From Selaginella moellendorffii (taxonomy: Eukaryota; Plantae; Lycopodiophyta), in the NCBI RefSeq assembly GCF_000143415.4, contig NW_003314352.1, forward strand, positions 426,278-490,277: 64,000 nucleotides of DNA. Direction: 5' to 3'. The position numbers and the translations under genes were made by a program. This document shows positions 43,668-56,945 of this stretch, in pieces; the first letter of the stretch is position 1, and each line of letters opens with the position of its first letter. The notes below the pieces were generated by a model. It was not told the DNA's origin. It ran no database searches and saw only the letters and a program-made list of their open reading frames with translations.

Positions 43668-46600
43668 ATATTAATATTGAAATTTGTGCAACTATAAAAA
43701 GTATTAAATATTTATTTAAATATATTTATAAATATTATGATTGTGTTACAATTGAAATCCATTCAGCAACCCAACAATCTGATAATATTTTAAATTAGAA
43801 TGAAATCTCAATTTTTTTAAATACATATTATGTATCTACTCTAGAGCCAAATATAGAGACTCTTTAAATTTAAAATGCATGATCATTCAACCTTTATAAT
43901 CTATCTTCCTATCCATCTTCCAAATTTTTAAGATGTCTATTTTATAGAAAGTTCTGAACAATAACACTTCAAAATGCTACTCAAAATGGTATGATGTTGA
44001 AAAAATAGTTTAAATTAAATATAAATGACCTAAATGCTAAACAATATATATATCCTGAAATCCTTTTATATTATACATTTAACTCTAATACTCATAATTG
44101 GCAAATTCAACATATAAAAAATGTCATGTCCTGAATGTATTTTATATCGCCATCCAATGTTGAATTATATCGCTTAAATCTTATTTTATTTCATAAAAAA
44201 GGTGCTACGTCTTTCAAAGATCTCAAGACAGTTAATAATATTTATTATGACAAGTTGCAGATGCAATGGGGTTTATAGCTGATGATATTGAATGGGAAAA
44301 ATGTTTAAAAAATACTTACTTTTTTATAATATCATCACAATTAAGACAATTATTTGTATTACTTTATATCTTTTGCACTCCAAAAGATCCTTACTTCTTA
44401 TGGGATAAATTTAAAGACTTCCTTTGTGAAGATTTCATGCAAAAAAATTCAATTTTTTCATTATGAATATGCTTTACATGATACAAAAATTAAAATGAGA
44501 ATGCATGGCAAAACTAATCAAAACTACCACGTATTTTTTCCCATTTGAAAATTTTGATGATGAAAATATTGTCAACTCAACACAAATATATCAAAATGTT
44601 GAACAAAATATTCCTTAATTTAATCAAGAACAGTTAAATATTTTTAATGTTATTGATCACCCAATTGAGCATAATCGATACATTTTCATTGATAGCCTTG
44701 GTGGTACTAGTAAAATATTCTTCTTAACACTCTTATAAATATTATGTTGCTAACATAGCTTGGACAGGAATTGCAAATACTTTACTTTATAATGGCCAAA
44801 CCTCACACACTACTTTTAAATTTTCTATTCCAATAAATAAAACATCAACTTCTACTATAACTGCTAATAGTGAAGCAGGTAAAAGAATCAAAACTACTAA
44901 TGTATTGTTATGGGATAAAATAAGTATAGTTCACATTCATGTATTCACTGTTGTTGATCAAGTGTTGTGAGACCTAAGAAATACATCATTACCTTTTGGT
45001 GGCATAATTGTTATCACTAGTGGGGACTTTAGACAAACACTTTCAGTCATTCCACATGGACATAGGGCACAAATTGTTTCAAGTTTTGTAAAAATGAATA
45101 AATTATGGTGATTATTTAGAAAATTATCTTTGATAAAAAGTATACAACTTACTAAAAGTGATATATTATGGGCTGAATGGCTTCTCAAAGTCGGAAATGG
45201 TGAAAATTTTCAAAATTTACCATCTTTACCTTCTAACTCTATTTTATTACCTTATATACAACTAATTTATTCATTTATTATTAATTTTGTCTACCCTTTA
45301 GTACTTGATATTTCAAACCCTTATATTGCAGCCAATCGAGTCATATTTACCCTACTTAACAATGACACATTTGCAATTAACAACACTATTGTCTCTAAAT
45401 TACAAAATGATACATATATTTACGAAAACATTGATTTTGTTAACACTAAATATCTTGAAAGTTTTCCAATAGAATTCCTAAATTCTATAACACCTTCTGG
45501 TCTCCCACCATATAAACTCTCTCTCAAACAAGGTGTTATTCTTATCCTCCTAAAGAATTGTCTCCATCAATAGGACTATGTAACGGCACACTTCTCATCT
45601 TGAAAAATGCACTACCAAATGTTTTAAATTGTGAAATTGTGATGAGGCAATTTAAAGGGACAAAATTTTTTAGCCCATATATCACACTAATAGCATTAAA
45701 TACAGAAATTCCATTCAAAATGTCCAAAAGACAATTTCCAATTCATTTGGGTTACTGCTTTAACAATTTTCAAATGCCAAGGACAGACATTTGACCGAGT
45801 TGAAGTTTACTTGCCCCACCCAGTTTTCACTCATGGACAACTTTATGTGGCTTTATCAAAATGCACATCACCACATGGACTTGGAATTAAAATTTAAAAC
45901 ACCACACACAAGGGCCACTTCCTTCCTCAAAATCCTTTTGTTTTTACAATCAACACTAATATAAAACCTCTTTGTAAACCACCTAACATTTATTGGGTAA
46001 GTACTCGTGATTACATAGCATTTCTCTCTTTCCACTCCCATCTGCATCTGTCCATCCAACGACTATGGTTTTTCTCAGCTTTTGATCGGCACTTCTTTGA
46101 CATTTTCGAGTTTAGAAACATTTTTTACCATTATTTGTTCTTCATGAAGAAAAAAAGAATTTGAACAGTGGGACAATAGCATGGCTATCTCCACCACATT
46201 TGATTCCTCTCTATGACGACAAAACTAAGCAAGGATCATCACCTATCCACCTGTGAAGTTCTGGTGGATTCCCAAGAGTGTGCTTGAAAACTTGCAAGGC
46301 ATCCGTTGGAAAAATAAGACTAAGGATGATCCAAGAGGAGAAGACTATGTAGCAATAGTTACTAGCTCCAGGTTGTGCAAAGATGAAGAGCATGCCCATA
46401 TTCCATAATGCCAAAGCTAATAGTACCACTGAGCTTCACAAATTCATAGAAACCTCCATATGATCATTGTTGCTGCCCCTTGAGAGCAAAAAAAAGACCA
46501 CTTCCAATCTAGCTGCTGCTGCTGCTGCTGCTGCTTGGGTTGACTAGCATTTCCATTCCAGAGAAGAACCTCAAACCCCTTAGAGAAGAGGGTATCCCAA

Positions 46601-47527
46601 CATCCGCCAATCTAGACGAGCAAAGCAAAAGGAGAGATACTTACACACTGGTTAGCATTGCATGCAAAGGAAAAGACTAGGAAAATACCAGGACAAGACC
46701 CTCTTTTCTCTCATCTCTGTCCTATGAAAGAGGCTTTGGTCCAAGTTAAAAGTGATTGGAAGTAATGTTGTGTGGCAGCACCAGAGAGAGAGAGAGAGTC
46801 GGATAGAGAGAAATGCTATGTAATCATGCCACACCATTGCCAGCTAGGTGGAGAAGGATGGTGTTTAATGGGAGGCCTCCCGTGCTCCCCTTCCTCCCAT
46901 CCCTCTCTCTCTTTTCATGGTGGCACTTCATTGCCTCCCATGCAAAGAGAGGGAGTTTACAAAAATTGAAGTTGCAAAACAAAGAGCCAGAAATATTTGG
47001 TGTTAACCTGTTTTCTGAAGCAGTCATAAATGGCAGTATCCAATGGCATACCAAAACACAAATCAACTTATATGAAACATGCAATATGTATTTAAGAATG
47101 TTATAATTTATATACATTAAATAGAATATACTTGAAAGTTTATAAACTATAAACATCTTTATAATTTGATTATTAAAACATTTACAAAACTGTGTATCGG
47201 AGCCCCGACGCTGGAGAAGTACGGGAGTTCCCTCGCTGGGCATAAGTGGAGCCACGGCGAGGCAGCCATGAACAACGACACCAAGTTCTTGGCAGGTGGG
47301 AAGAGATTTGAGCGTGTTCTCCCATCTTCGCGAAACGATGGAGATGCAACATCACCAGTGAGGTAGAGTGCTATGCACGTGGGAAGATCACGGCCGTCCA
47401 GAAGGCCATCCTCTTGGAATCCAGCGAGTCGGAGACGCCATACATGTCGACCAGCGCAGTGAGTACCAGACTGTCCTGCCTCGATCGTCCAAAGCCCTAA
47501 ACTTCCCACTCTCTCTCTCTCTCCAAG

Positions 47528-49120
47528 ATGGTGTTGCTGGAGATGTTACAGATTGTGGAGATAATTTTTGCTCTCGATTTTGTATGCACCGAGTGGAATG
47601 TCAAGGACGAGCTCCCGGACGATTTGGACTCTCTCATCCAGGTAAGTTTTTTTAGGTCTTCTTCTCAAGATTTCTTTCCTCGTTCTTGCAGGCTCAGGAA
47701 ATGGAAGCTGCACAGGAAAAGGTCTTCCTTTCTCGTTTTCCCCTTCCTTTCCTTTTCTGTTAATGCTCTCTTTTGGCGCAGCACGAATCCTCCCTCGAAC
47801 AGCTTTGCATCAAACCGCCCGAGCGGCAGCAAATCCGACGCTGTGACGATGAAAAGGTGGTGGAGCTACAGGAGCTCTCCTGGAAGCCCGAGCTGGGTCA
47901 AGGTTCCCATGATCTCGTCTGGTTTCGTGATTTCTGGCTAACTCTTTTTCTTGTAAACAGGGCTATTCTACCCGGAGTTTGGTGCGCTGGCGGTGGATCA
48001 TTACCACGATCACGGCCCTCTCGATTACCGCAAACATACTTTCCCTAACAGTAAGTTTTTTCGTGATTTCTGAGGGATTGGCTAACTCTTTTCCTAACAG
48101 GGCTATTCTACCATGATCGAGTGGAGCTGCTTGGAAACAAGAGGAAGGCTTACTATGATCACCCGCCTCTTGATCGCCTCAAAGTTACTCTCTGTAACAG
48201 TAAGTTTGTTTCTTGATTTGTACGGGGGATCGGCTAACTCTTTCCCTTGTAAACAGGGCTATTCTACCCGGAGTTTGAGCTGCTCGGAAACAAGAGGAAG
48301 GCACCGCCGGTGGTGGATCATTACTGTGATCATCCGCCTCTCAATCCCTGGGAACTTACTCTCCCTGACAGTAAGTTTGTTTCGTGATTTCTGTGATCGG
48401 CTAACTCTTTTCCTTGTAAACAGGACTATTCTACTCGGGGTTTGAGCTGCTTCGAAACAAGATGAAGGCACCAGAGGCGGTGGATCATTACTGTGATCAT
48501 CCGGCTTTCAAACGCCGGAAACTTGCTAAGAAGGCAGGGACTCTCCTCTCAGCGAGAACGGGATGATGATGGTGGAAGTGATCAAGCGGCATCCACCTGA
48601 CTTCGCCAACATGATCCAAGACTATCATGGCGTGAGAACGACGCTGGCTCACTACGACTGCCTGACGGATCCCATGTGCCGGACGGGGCTGTTCGGCCAG
48701 GCCGTGGAGCTCATCGACACCATGCCTTTTCAACCGGACTTGGACGACGCTCCTGGTGGCGTGCCAGACTCTCTCGACTCTAGATACGACAAGGCAAAGG
48801 TGACGACGGACCCTCACAACGCCTTCTACCTCACACGTCCGGACTTACAGGCAGGACCGGCTCAACGTCTCGCTCAACTCGATCGGCGGTGCTCCATCGA
48901 GACCAGGGATCATATCCAAGCGTGGGAGATGGCACATTCTCATGCTGCCGCCGTCGATTAGGAGCTCCACAGGCTAAACATCGAGCTGACCATCGAGCAG
49001 GGGTGGAAGGTGGACGTGCTGCTGGGGCTTGTGAGCAAGGTGCCAGGCACGACCATCCAGGCCGTCAAGAACCTCAAGGTTGCCACCACTCTTCTCCAAG
49101 ACCCGTGCCGAGAAGTATAA
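47528..49120 (+). pseudogene. Orphan tandem-exon repeat gene, copy 2 (open through four repeats; 1-bp deletion near 48538, stop 48564-48566)
   Basis: Same exon structure as 24639-26232; could still encode a truncated repeat protein. Confidence 0.65.
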
Positions 49121-49281
49121 GCTTCTGCAATAGCAGGAAGCCGGCGGCTGGATTGCTTGGTCGCTCCTCCGACTCATACTGGGAACTCTTTGTGATTTTA
49201 AAATGCATATATTAGTATTAAAGATCTAAGTTCGATCTTCCCTTTTGCTCTCACTAGAATTTACAGTCATTCCATACGATA

Positions 49282-50601
49282 TTAACAGGATTTCAACCAC
49301 TGAGGTCTTAAGTTAAGAACGCTCGTAGCAGTAACTGGTGGGAGAAGAGGTCTTGAATTTACCGTGCCACATGAGTGTGTGCCCATGAAGTTGATGAATC
49401 TTCCCATGGCTGGAGCATTCTCCCACGAGTAGTAGGACTCGTCCAACACCACTCCATTGAAATAATAGTCTGCGCACCACCTTAGAATGTTGATATACGA
49501 TGACCACATTATCATACTCGTCTCAACACTAGATTCTAACTTCTTTGATGTCCCTAGTTGCCTCGGCAGATGCAATAGAAATCGCTCCAGCGCTCTCATG
49601 TTGACATGCCCATCACAGTTGATTATAAACTCCCCTGCCTCGCTGAAAACCTCCATGTACGTTTGCTGGAGCTTGTCGATGCCATTGTTTCGGATTGTGA
49701 GCGCCTCCAGGCCGGGCAGGAAATCGTTCCCCAGAAGGAAGCACAGGAACACGAGATCCCTCATGGTGGACCGCAGCCGCACGGAGCACGGCTCTTCCAT
49801 CTGCACCTCGAAATCACGCACGAGCGTCTCGATGCTGATGAGCTTGTAAATCATCACTCCGTCCTTCGGCGTCTGGCGGACGATGTTGATCTTCCTGGAG
49901 AGCGGGCTAGCGAGAGCCAGCATGATCAAGTCGGCGTCGCGTCCAACCACGCAGTGGAAGTCGTGGGCGTTGAACGGCAGAGCCCGTATGTGGTTGAAGA
50001 TCTTGAGCTCGCCCTCCCCGTCCTCCTCGGACGTGGAAACGATCCACTGGAGCCTCGAGCTAGTCATTGATCTCCTCCAGCGATGATCATATGAACTTGA
50101 CAGCATCATGCTTGCCACAAATCGTCGCAGTTCACTCTCCAGCCCGTTCATGAAAGGCGTTCCATGGCGGACCATCGCCATCTTGGCCTTGCGATTGCGT
50201 GGGATGAGATCACCTTTCTGAGCTTTGGTGGAATCGAGCTCATCCTCCGAGGAGGACAAGGAGGAGAGAGAAGCATCGCGATTGTAGCGACACGGCTTCT
50301 TGAAGAGCTTGCTGAAGAGCTTGGGGGTGGGAGGCCTTCCATCCAGGGCTAGGAAGACGAGCTTGGTCGGAGCCACCATGGCGACGAGCTTGCGGAGCGA
50401 GTCGAGGAACTCTTGGTAAAAAGTGGCGAAGGTGGGCGGGCAATCGTGGCTTTCCAGGATGACCCAGATGATGGTGTTGAGGTCCACGTACAAGTTCGCG
50501 TTGTCGTAGCGAAGAATATTGTTCTTGGCACCATCAATCGCGTCCCTCACGCACCGAGGATGCTTGGATACGAGCCAAGCGAAAAACCCAGGAACTCCCA
50601 T
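49282..50601 (-). CDS. Compact intronless XRN-like protein, copy 2 (439 aa from MGVP)
   Basis: Intact ORF with the same motifs as copy 1. Confidence 0.9.
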   Translation of the reverse strand: MGVPGFFAWLVSKHPRCVRDAIDGAKNNILRYDNANLYVDLNTIIWVILESHDCPPTFATFYQEFLDSLRKLVAMVAPTKLVFLALDGRPPTPKLFSKLFKKPCRYNRDASLSSLSSSEDELDSTKAQKGDLIPRNRKAKMAMVRHGTPFMNGLESELRRFVASMMLSSSYDHRWRRSMTSSRLQWIVSTSEEDGEGELKIFNHIRALPFNAHDFHCVVGRDADLIMLALASPLSRKINIVRQTPKDGVMIYKLISIETLVRDFEVQMEEPCSVRLRSTMRDLVFLCFLLGNDFLPGLEALTIRNNGIDKLQQTYMEVFSEAGEFIINCDGHVNMRALERFLLHLPRQLGTSKKLESSVETSMIMWSSYINILRWCADYYFNGVVLDESYYSWENAPAMGRFINFMGTHSCGTVNSRPLLPPVTATSVLNLRPQWLKSC

Positions 50602-50759
50602 GATCGATTGGTCTTGCTTGATCGCTCTTGGAGAGGATGGAAAGTGATAAACCCTCACAAGCATTTTCGCTGTTATATAGTAGCGAGGGAAAAGGTAATT
50701 AGTTGTATCTTAGATTAAAATGTGGTTAGATAAATACTTTTAGCTAGTAAAGTTAATTA

Positions 50760-51730
50760 AATATATTCCAAAATCTTGAGACCAGTTGCGCTCGTCAATG
50801 GGCAGTGAATCTGGAGTTACTCCCTCAATAGTTTCCATTACGGCTTTGCTTGGCTGAGAAGAAAACACACAGAGTGAGCTTATCCCGTTTTGAGCTCAAA
50901 ACATACCCAAGGCGTACAGAAGGATGGACCATTTCAATCCTGGTTCCTGCAACGCCGGCATTCGTATTTCGGGGTGGCTGTATGTGATCTGCAGTGAGAA
51001 TGTTTATAGATCAGGAACTATAGAAGTGTTTTTTTCTTCCTACCAGCATAAACACTCCTTGTGGTCTCAAAATCCTGCAAGCGAGATAAGTCTCTCTTAG
51101 CATGTGTAGAACGCCTTCGGCCGGATCAACTCCACACTGAAAGAAGGAACGCAAATTGCATTAGACAAGGATGTTTTTGGTGACACAAGCACTTACTAGC
51201 ATGGCGTCGGCCAGGCCTGAAAAACAAAGAGAAAGAAAATGTAAGAGGAGACTCTTGAGAGTAAACTATAACTTTGTTACCTTTGTCAATGACCGCATCA
51301 AAGGAACTGTCTTGAAACGCACTCATGTCCCGTGAATCTATTGCCACGTCTTAAGTTTCGTCAAGGAAGATATGGCTGGTGCAAAGAAGTAACATCACCA
51401 AGCCCAAGGATACAGGATAGCTGAGGAACGTGAGCATATCTAGCTTTGAAGTTGTCAATCACCACCGAAGATAGATCGGTGTTGACGATTTCCTGGTAGC
51501 CATCTTCCACCATATCGTTAGACATTGCTGTTTTACATCACTGGAATTAGTATTCTTTTCTATGGCATCGCTCACTGAGATCTTGGTACCTGAATTCCCA
51601 CACACAGGCATCAAAATCCGGGAAGGGAAGATTTGTGATTGCTAACGGAAAATCGGCTCGAATCTGGAGTAATTCGAGAACCAATCGAGCGTTGCTCCGC
51701 GTGTCTCCCAGTAGCTCTGGCGCTGGAGGA
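50760..51730 (-). pseudogene. SAM-dependent methyltransferase, disrupted copy 2
   Basis: Motif I reads PVCGNS, a deletion near 51086 removes a splice donor, and the C-terminus is deleted. Confidence 0.82.
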
Positions 51731-51947
51731 GCAAGGAAGAAGGCGGGGGTGGCTACAAGCTCCAAATAATTCGAGAATTTCTCCAGGAAATCTCACCGCT
51801 GAGAATGGAGGCACCGAGGAGCTGATCTTCGCAGAGCACTGGACATTGATTCGAGAGCATTTGGATCAAACCCTCGATAAACCCCTTAGAATATCCATTA
51901 CAAACACATTGCTTTTGCTAGAATATTCTCTTGCCAGATTAGGGTTC

Positions 51948-53510
51948 TTAGTACTGAGCGAGAATTCGCTCCTCGATCCTGGGCGACGCCGCGACGATCA
52001 GGTCCTTCGCAGGTGGGCACGAAATGGTTCCGATCGATTCCTCCAGTGCGATGGGATTGTCCGAGATCTCGCTCCAGATGAATCCGTGTAGCAGGCTGGC
52101 GAGGAGGAAGAAGAGGGAGCGCATGGCAAGGCCATAGCCGGCGCACATCCTCCTCCCGGCGGAGAATGGGATGATTTGGAAGTGCTGCCCCCCGGGCGAG
52201 ATGTTGGTCCCCAGGAATCGCTCGGGCTGGAATTCGTGGGGGCTTGTCCAGTGCGCTGGATCGCGGTTCGCCGCCCAGAGATTGACGAGGAGTTTGCATT
52301 TGGCGGGGATTATGGTGCCATGGCCATCGCCGAGCTCCACGGGGCGGAGGTTGTAGTGGGGCATTCCCAGCGGCACCGCCGGGTGGAGGCGGAGGGCCTC
52401 CTTGAGGATCGCCTGGATGAATGGAAGGTTTTGGAGATCGTGTTCTTCCACCGCGCGCTCCCTCCCGATGATTTGATCCAATTCTTCTTGGGCCTTGCGC
52501 ATGATCTCGGGTTTACTGATCACTTCTGCCATGCACCACTCGATCGACTCCATGGAGGTTTTGAATCCGGCACCCACCATATCCTGGAAGAAAGTTCGAT
52601 CGATCGTCACATCGCAGAGAAGAGGATCGAGAAGGATGGTGATCACTTACACACAGGAGGCCGATGATCTCTTGGTCCGAGAGCTTGTCACTCTCGTCCA
52701 GGGAGATGAGAACATCCACAAAGTCGCGGCAGACAAACCCATCGCCTGCCGCCTTCTTGCGCTCCTGGTGCTCCCGGACTTGATCGTCGAGCAGCGCCTT
52801 GATCCGGGGCATGATCTCGCCCCTCATCGTGGCGTAGACGCCGTGGAGATCCATCCAGTCGAGCGACGGGATGATCTCGCCGATGTTGAGGTTGATCGCC
52901 TGCCCGGCCATGTTGTTGATCGTCTCCACCACCGGGAGAGACACTCCTCGCTGAAGAGCGTCAGGCACAGCGACCCCGACGTGTATCGGGCGAGGAGGGT
53001 CCGCAAGTTCACGGGCTCGCCGCCCCGTGATCGATCGAGGATGGCGTCCATGGCGGACTGGAGCTGCGATCGGCGGTAGGGGGCGCTGGTGGCGAGCATA
53101 GCGTTGCTGAAGAGGTTCGTGGCGCAGATCTTGCGCATGAGCTTCCACTCGGGCCCCGGTGAGCGGAAGGCCAGGTCGCTCCAGCCGAAGCTGAAGATCC
53201 GGAAGAACTCCTCCGACTGGGGGCGATTGGCGAACTCGGCGTCGTGGATCTTGAGGAAGAACTCGGCGGCGCGAGCGGTGTTGGCGATAACGTATGGAAC
53301 CATGCCGATCTTGAGGAAGACGATGGGGCCGTAGCGATCGGCCAGGCGCGCGAAGTGGCGGTGGAGGGGCTGGCGGAGCGAGAGCAAAGATCCCACCACC
53401 GGGAAGGAGATTGGACCGGGCGGGAGTCTGGACGATCTCCTTGCGAGCAGTGACTTGATGATCGCCGCGGTCGCGAGCAAGCACACGAGGATCGCTATAG
53501 TGATTCCCAT
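51948..53510 (-). pseudogene. Cytochrome P450 copy 2, frameshifted
   Basis: Nearly identical to 29113-30673, but tcgg is replaced by gggaga at ~52934-52939 (+2 bp), splitting exon 1. Confidence 0.92.
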
Positions 53511-56500
53511 GAGCCTGGGAGTCGAAACTTCCTCGCTCAATGAATCACTTCTATACAAACTGTTGCAGCTTTGATTTTACGTAACTATACGTAACTTTTG
53601 ACTTTGAGAGGAATCATTGTCAATATCTATTCAGGAAAATATTTACTCCACTAATTTCATGCCCACGAAAATATCCTTCCACAAGTATCTGTGGCTCGTG
53701 ATGGGAATGATTCCACAATCTTCCTCCGCTTGTAAAAAAATGTATCTCTACAGCTTCTTTGCAATCTCCATAGCCTCTTGCTCGATGCCCTTGCCACACA
53801 CCGCCACACAGTGCCTTGCTCGCGGCTGTGGGCGCCTCTGGATTGTTGTCTGGAAAATTGACCTCGCTGCTGTATATGCTCAATGCTCTGAGATAACATC
53901 ATGGAGCAGGCAGAAACTTCACCAGACCCTCTACCTTTCTTTTACTAACAAGTTTTCATTTGACAAGATAAATTAGTTCTATTAGAATATTTTTGAATAT
54001 TTTAAAATATTTTACCATCTAACAGTTATTATTCATTTATTCATCTTGATATCTAATAAGATTAATCTTGTATTTATAAATTATAAACTTCCATTTGATT
54101 AATTCGATTAATAAATAGGAATGACACTACTATTAAGCAAACTAAGAATTGCTGCATAAAATGATGTTTTCAATATCACTTAAACTTTTAATTTCTAAAT
54201 CTCTCTAAATTTGAATAATTTGCTACTCATTGCATGCAGCAATGTTTGGTTTTTTTAATAGTAATGTTATTCTTATTTACTAATCTAATTGATCAAATGG
54301 AAGTTTATAATTGTAAACATGTATAACCATAAGATTACTCTTATATCAGCTAGAATAAAATAGAATATACTAGAAAGTATTTAGGAAGTTTTATAAATTA
54401 TAAATACAATATTAATCTAAATCGTTAGATTGTAGAATATCCTAGAATATTGAAGCATATTCTAGGTATATCCACTACCACCTTACATCCTAAAACAGTA
54501 GATTGGATGAATATTTTTGGTTTGCTTAATGAGCTATTAAGATTTACTATCATTAATGAGTAGAGTAAATATAATCAAGCTCTCATATCTGTTTTTAAAT
54601 TGTACAGGAATGAGAAACCTCTTTTGCATGCAGCAGTGTTGGCTAGAATGACTTATCACAATTTCATTAAACCTCTACTAATATTTGAGTTAGAATAAAA
54701 AAGTAGTAAAGAATTCATTACCTAGAAATATATTTCACTAGATTTGCTCATTGCTACAAATACTCATGTTGAACAAGCTTTGGAGAGGAAGTTGATGAAG
54801 TCTTCCACTTCATTGTGACAAACTTTGATGAGTTAAAGTTGATTTTGTACAGAAGACTTTTGAGCCAGCATCTTTTTGTAACTTATTAACCTTCAAAGTC
54901 CCTTGTAAAGTAGGAGTATGGATTAATTCGCTTTATACTGTTGAGGGAATTGATATCTCTATGGTAACTTGCATGTACATCCTCTCTTTAAAGATTGAAT
55001 CATCAGAAGAACCTAACTCTACTCCCATTATACTAACATTTAAATTAATTCCTACTTGAGAAGGAAGTATATGTACAGATTTGGGGTTGTATATCTTGAT
55101 CACACCACTCATGTTGATGAATGATAATGAACCTTCTTTACTTCGGAGAATTACCTCCAAAAATAGATCTAAATATAACCTCTCCAATTAATCTCTAAGC
55201 TTAGAGTAGTTGGTGACATTCTTTTCATACTAGAAGGCTAAATTTGTTCAACTCTAAAAACATGTATGCCAATAAATGAATGAAAAATTAGATCTACCAT
55301 ACCATGACAAAGACATTAAGTACTTGAGATATTGTTAACATCTTATATTTTACTTTCTCTAGTTCTTGCTGTTGCTCTAATAAAGTTGGTATAGATTGAA
55401 CCAAATATTATATAACTTGATTATGAAATAACCAATATACTTCATGCAATAACAGCATCAATCTCATAAAAAGCATTACAAATAAAAGTTGAACCATCTG
55501 TTGCAGCAAGCCTATAAACAACACAATGAACACCAAGGATCTTACGATGCTCCTCCTTCAAATATTGTACCACACTTGTTCTACATCCAATTAGGGATGA
55601 GGCTTTATCCTGTGGCTTTATTAGAGTCAAGCTTTTTCAAATCTAGCTCAAGTTGTAAGAAGAGAGCTTCTGGAGTAAAAACAATTGCCTCCGCCATTCT
55701 TCCTTCAATAAAGAAAAGCCTTATAAACTTGCAAACTAGCTGACCTCTAGTTTCTAGGTAGAAGTGTTTCTCCAATGCTTTATCAGTACTCTTATCAATC
55801 ATGATGGAAAATTATAGGCTCCTCTTTCTCAGCATATAGCTTCTCCTCTACCTCTTGTGCTATCCCCAAAAGAAAATTTCAAGCATTGATTGAGTTTACA
55901 AGAATATCTTCTTCTGTAAAAAATTTTTAAATTCCTTAACTTTAGATTTGATAATGTTAAAAGGTAGAGCCAAATGATGAACTAATTTCATCACTTAGAT
56001 AATCTTCTCTTGTTTTTTTATTAGGCATCTTTGGTGTTGAGTGACATCTACTGGGCCTCATTCTCATTCTCACATTAGGCTATTGCTGTTGTAAATGATC
56101 TAATCATCTTTATAATAGTAGTATAAAGGTGCTCATTTAAAGCATAAATTTAGAATTACTACTCCCTTCTTTTATATAATAATTCACCTTCTTAGCCTCT
56201 TCCGATACTGCACATTGACTGATAGGATGAATAATATCCTTTAATAAAATGTACCAAAAAAAGTAGAGAAATGTACACATTTCATCTTTACTAAGGTAAT
56301 ATATGAACCATGATTGTGATATTGATTGGCAAACTATGGTATGGATAATATAATTCAGTTCTTGAAGAATGTTTGATTATTGAATTTATAGGAATATAAT
56401 GTTTACAAGGTTAAATATATTTCAGATTGTGATGAGGAATTTGATGATTATAAAGATAGTTTTAGAGATGAATTAGAGATTTCATAAGGTAGATATCAAT

Positions 56501-56945
56501 CTATCTATTCTTTTCTTTTTACTTTTTACTCTTTCCCAACCATTTTTTAACTTGATCCAACTTTTTATATTTTTAGTGTTTCTTCCTTATTTTCAATATT
56601 TCCTTCTCATGACACATTAATCATTTATGATTTTTATAATTCTCATTCTCAATTTAATGTTGAGTTGAGTGTTTTCTATCCTCCTCATACTAATTTAGAT
56701 GTTAAACATATGCAAAAAGTTGATAATCTTGCTTTTGTTTATTTGACGGAGTCTTTGATCAATTCTAGTGTTGAGTATTCTCTATTCTAAGGAGTCATTT
56801 TGGCTTGAGTTTCAAATTGAGTGTATGTCCCCAATTGTGAGTGTTGTTAAAAGCCTTTGTTTTATCGTTGTTGTTAAAAAGTTTATGTTCTCTTAAAAGT
56901 AAATTTTCTATTAATTCTTTTATCTCAAGTGTTGAGTTGTATATT

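Larger units (their letters stand above)
38452..45895 (+). mobile_element. Decayed Helitron Rep/Pif1 helicase fragment, interrupted by the gypsy element
   Basis: PNSLCMENGTCVKGYPK, DNHWVVPYN..AHI|NIEICATIKSIKYLFKYIYK, AWTGIA, GDFRQ, FLNSITPSGLPP, GLCNGT, RQFP and HGQLYVALS. Numerous stops and frameshifts; no termini seen. Confidence 0.92.
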
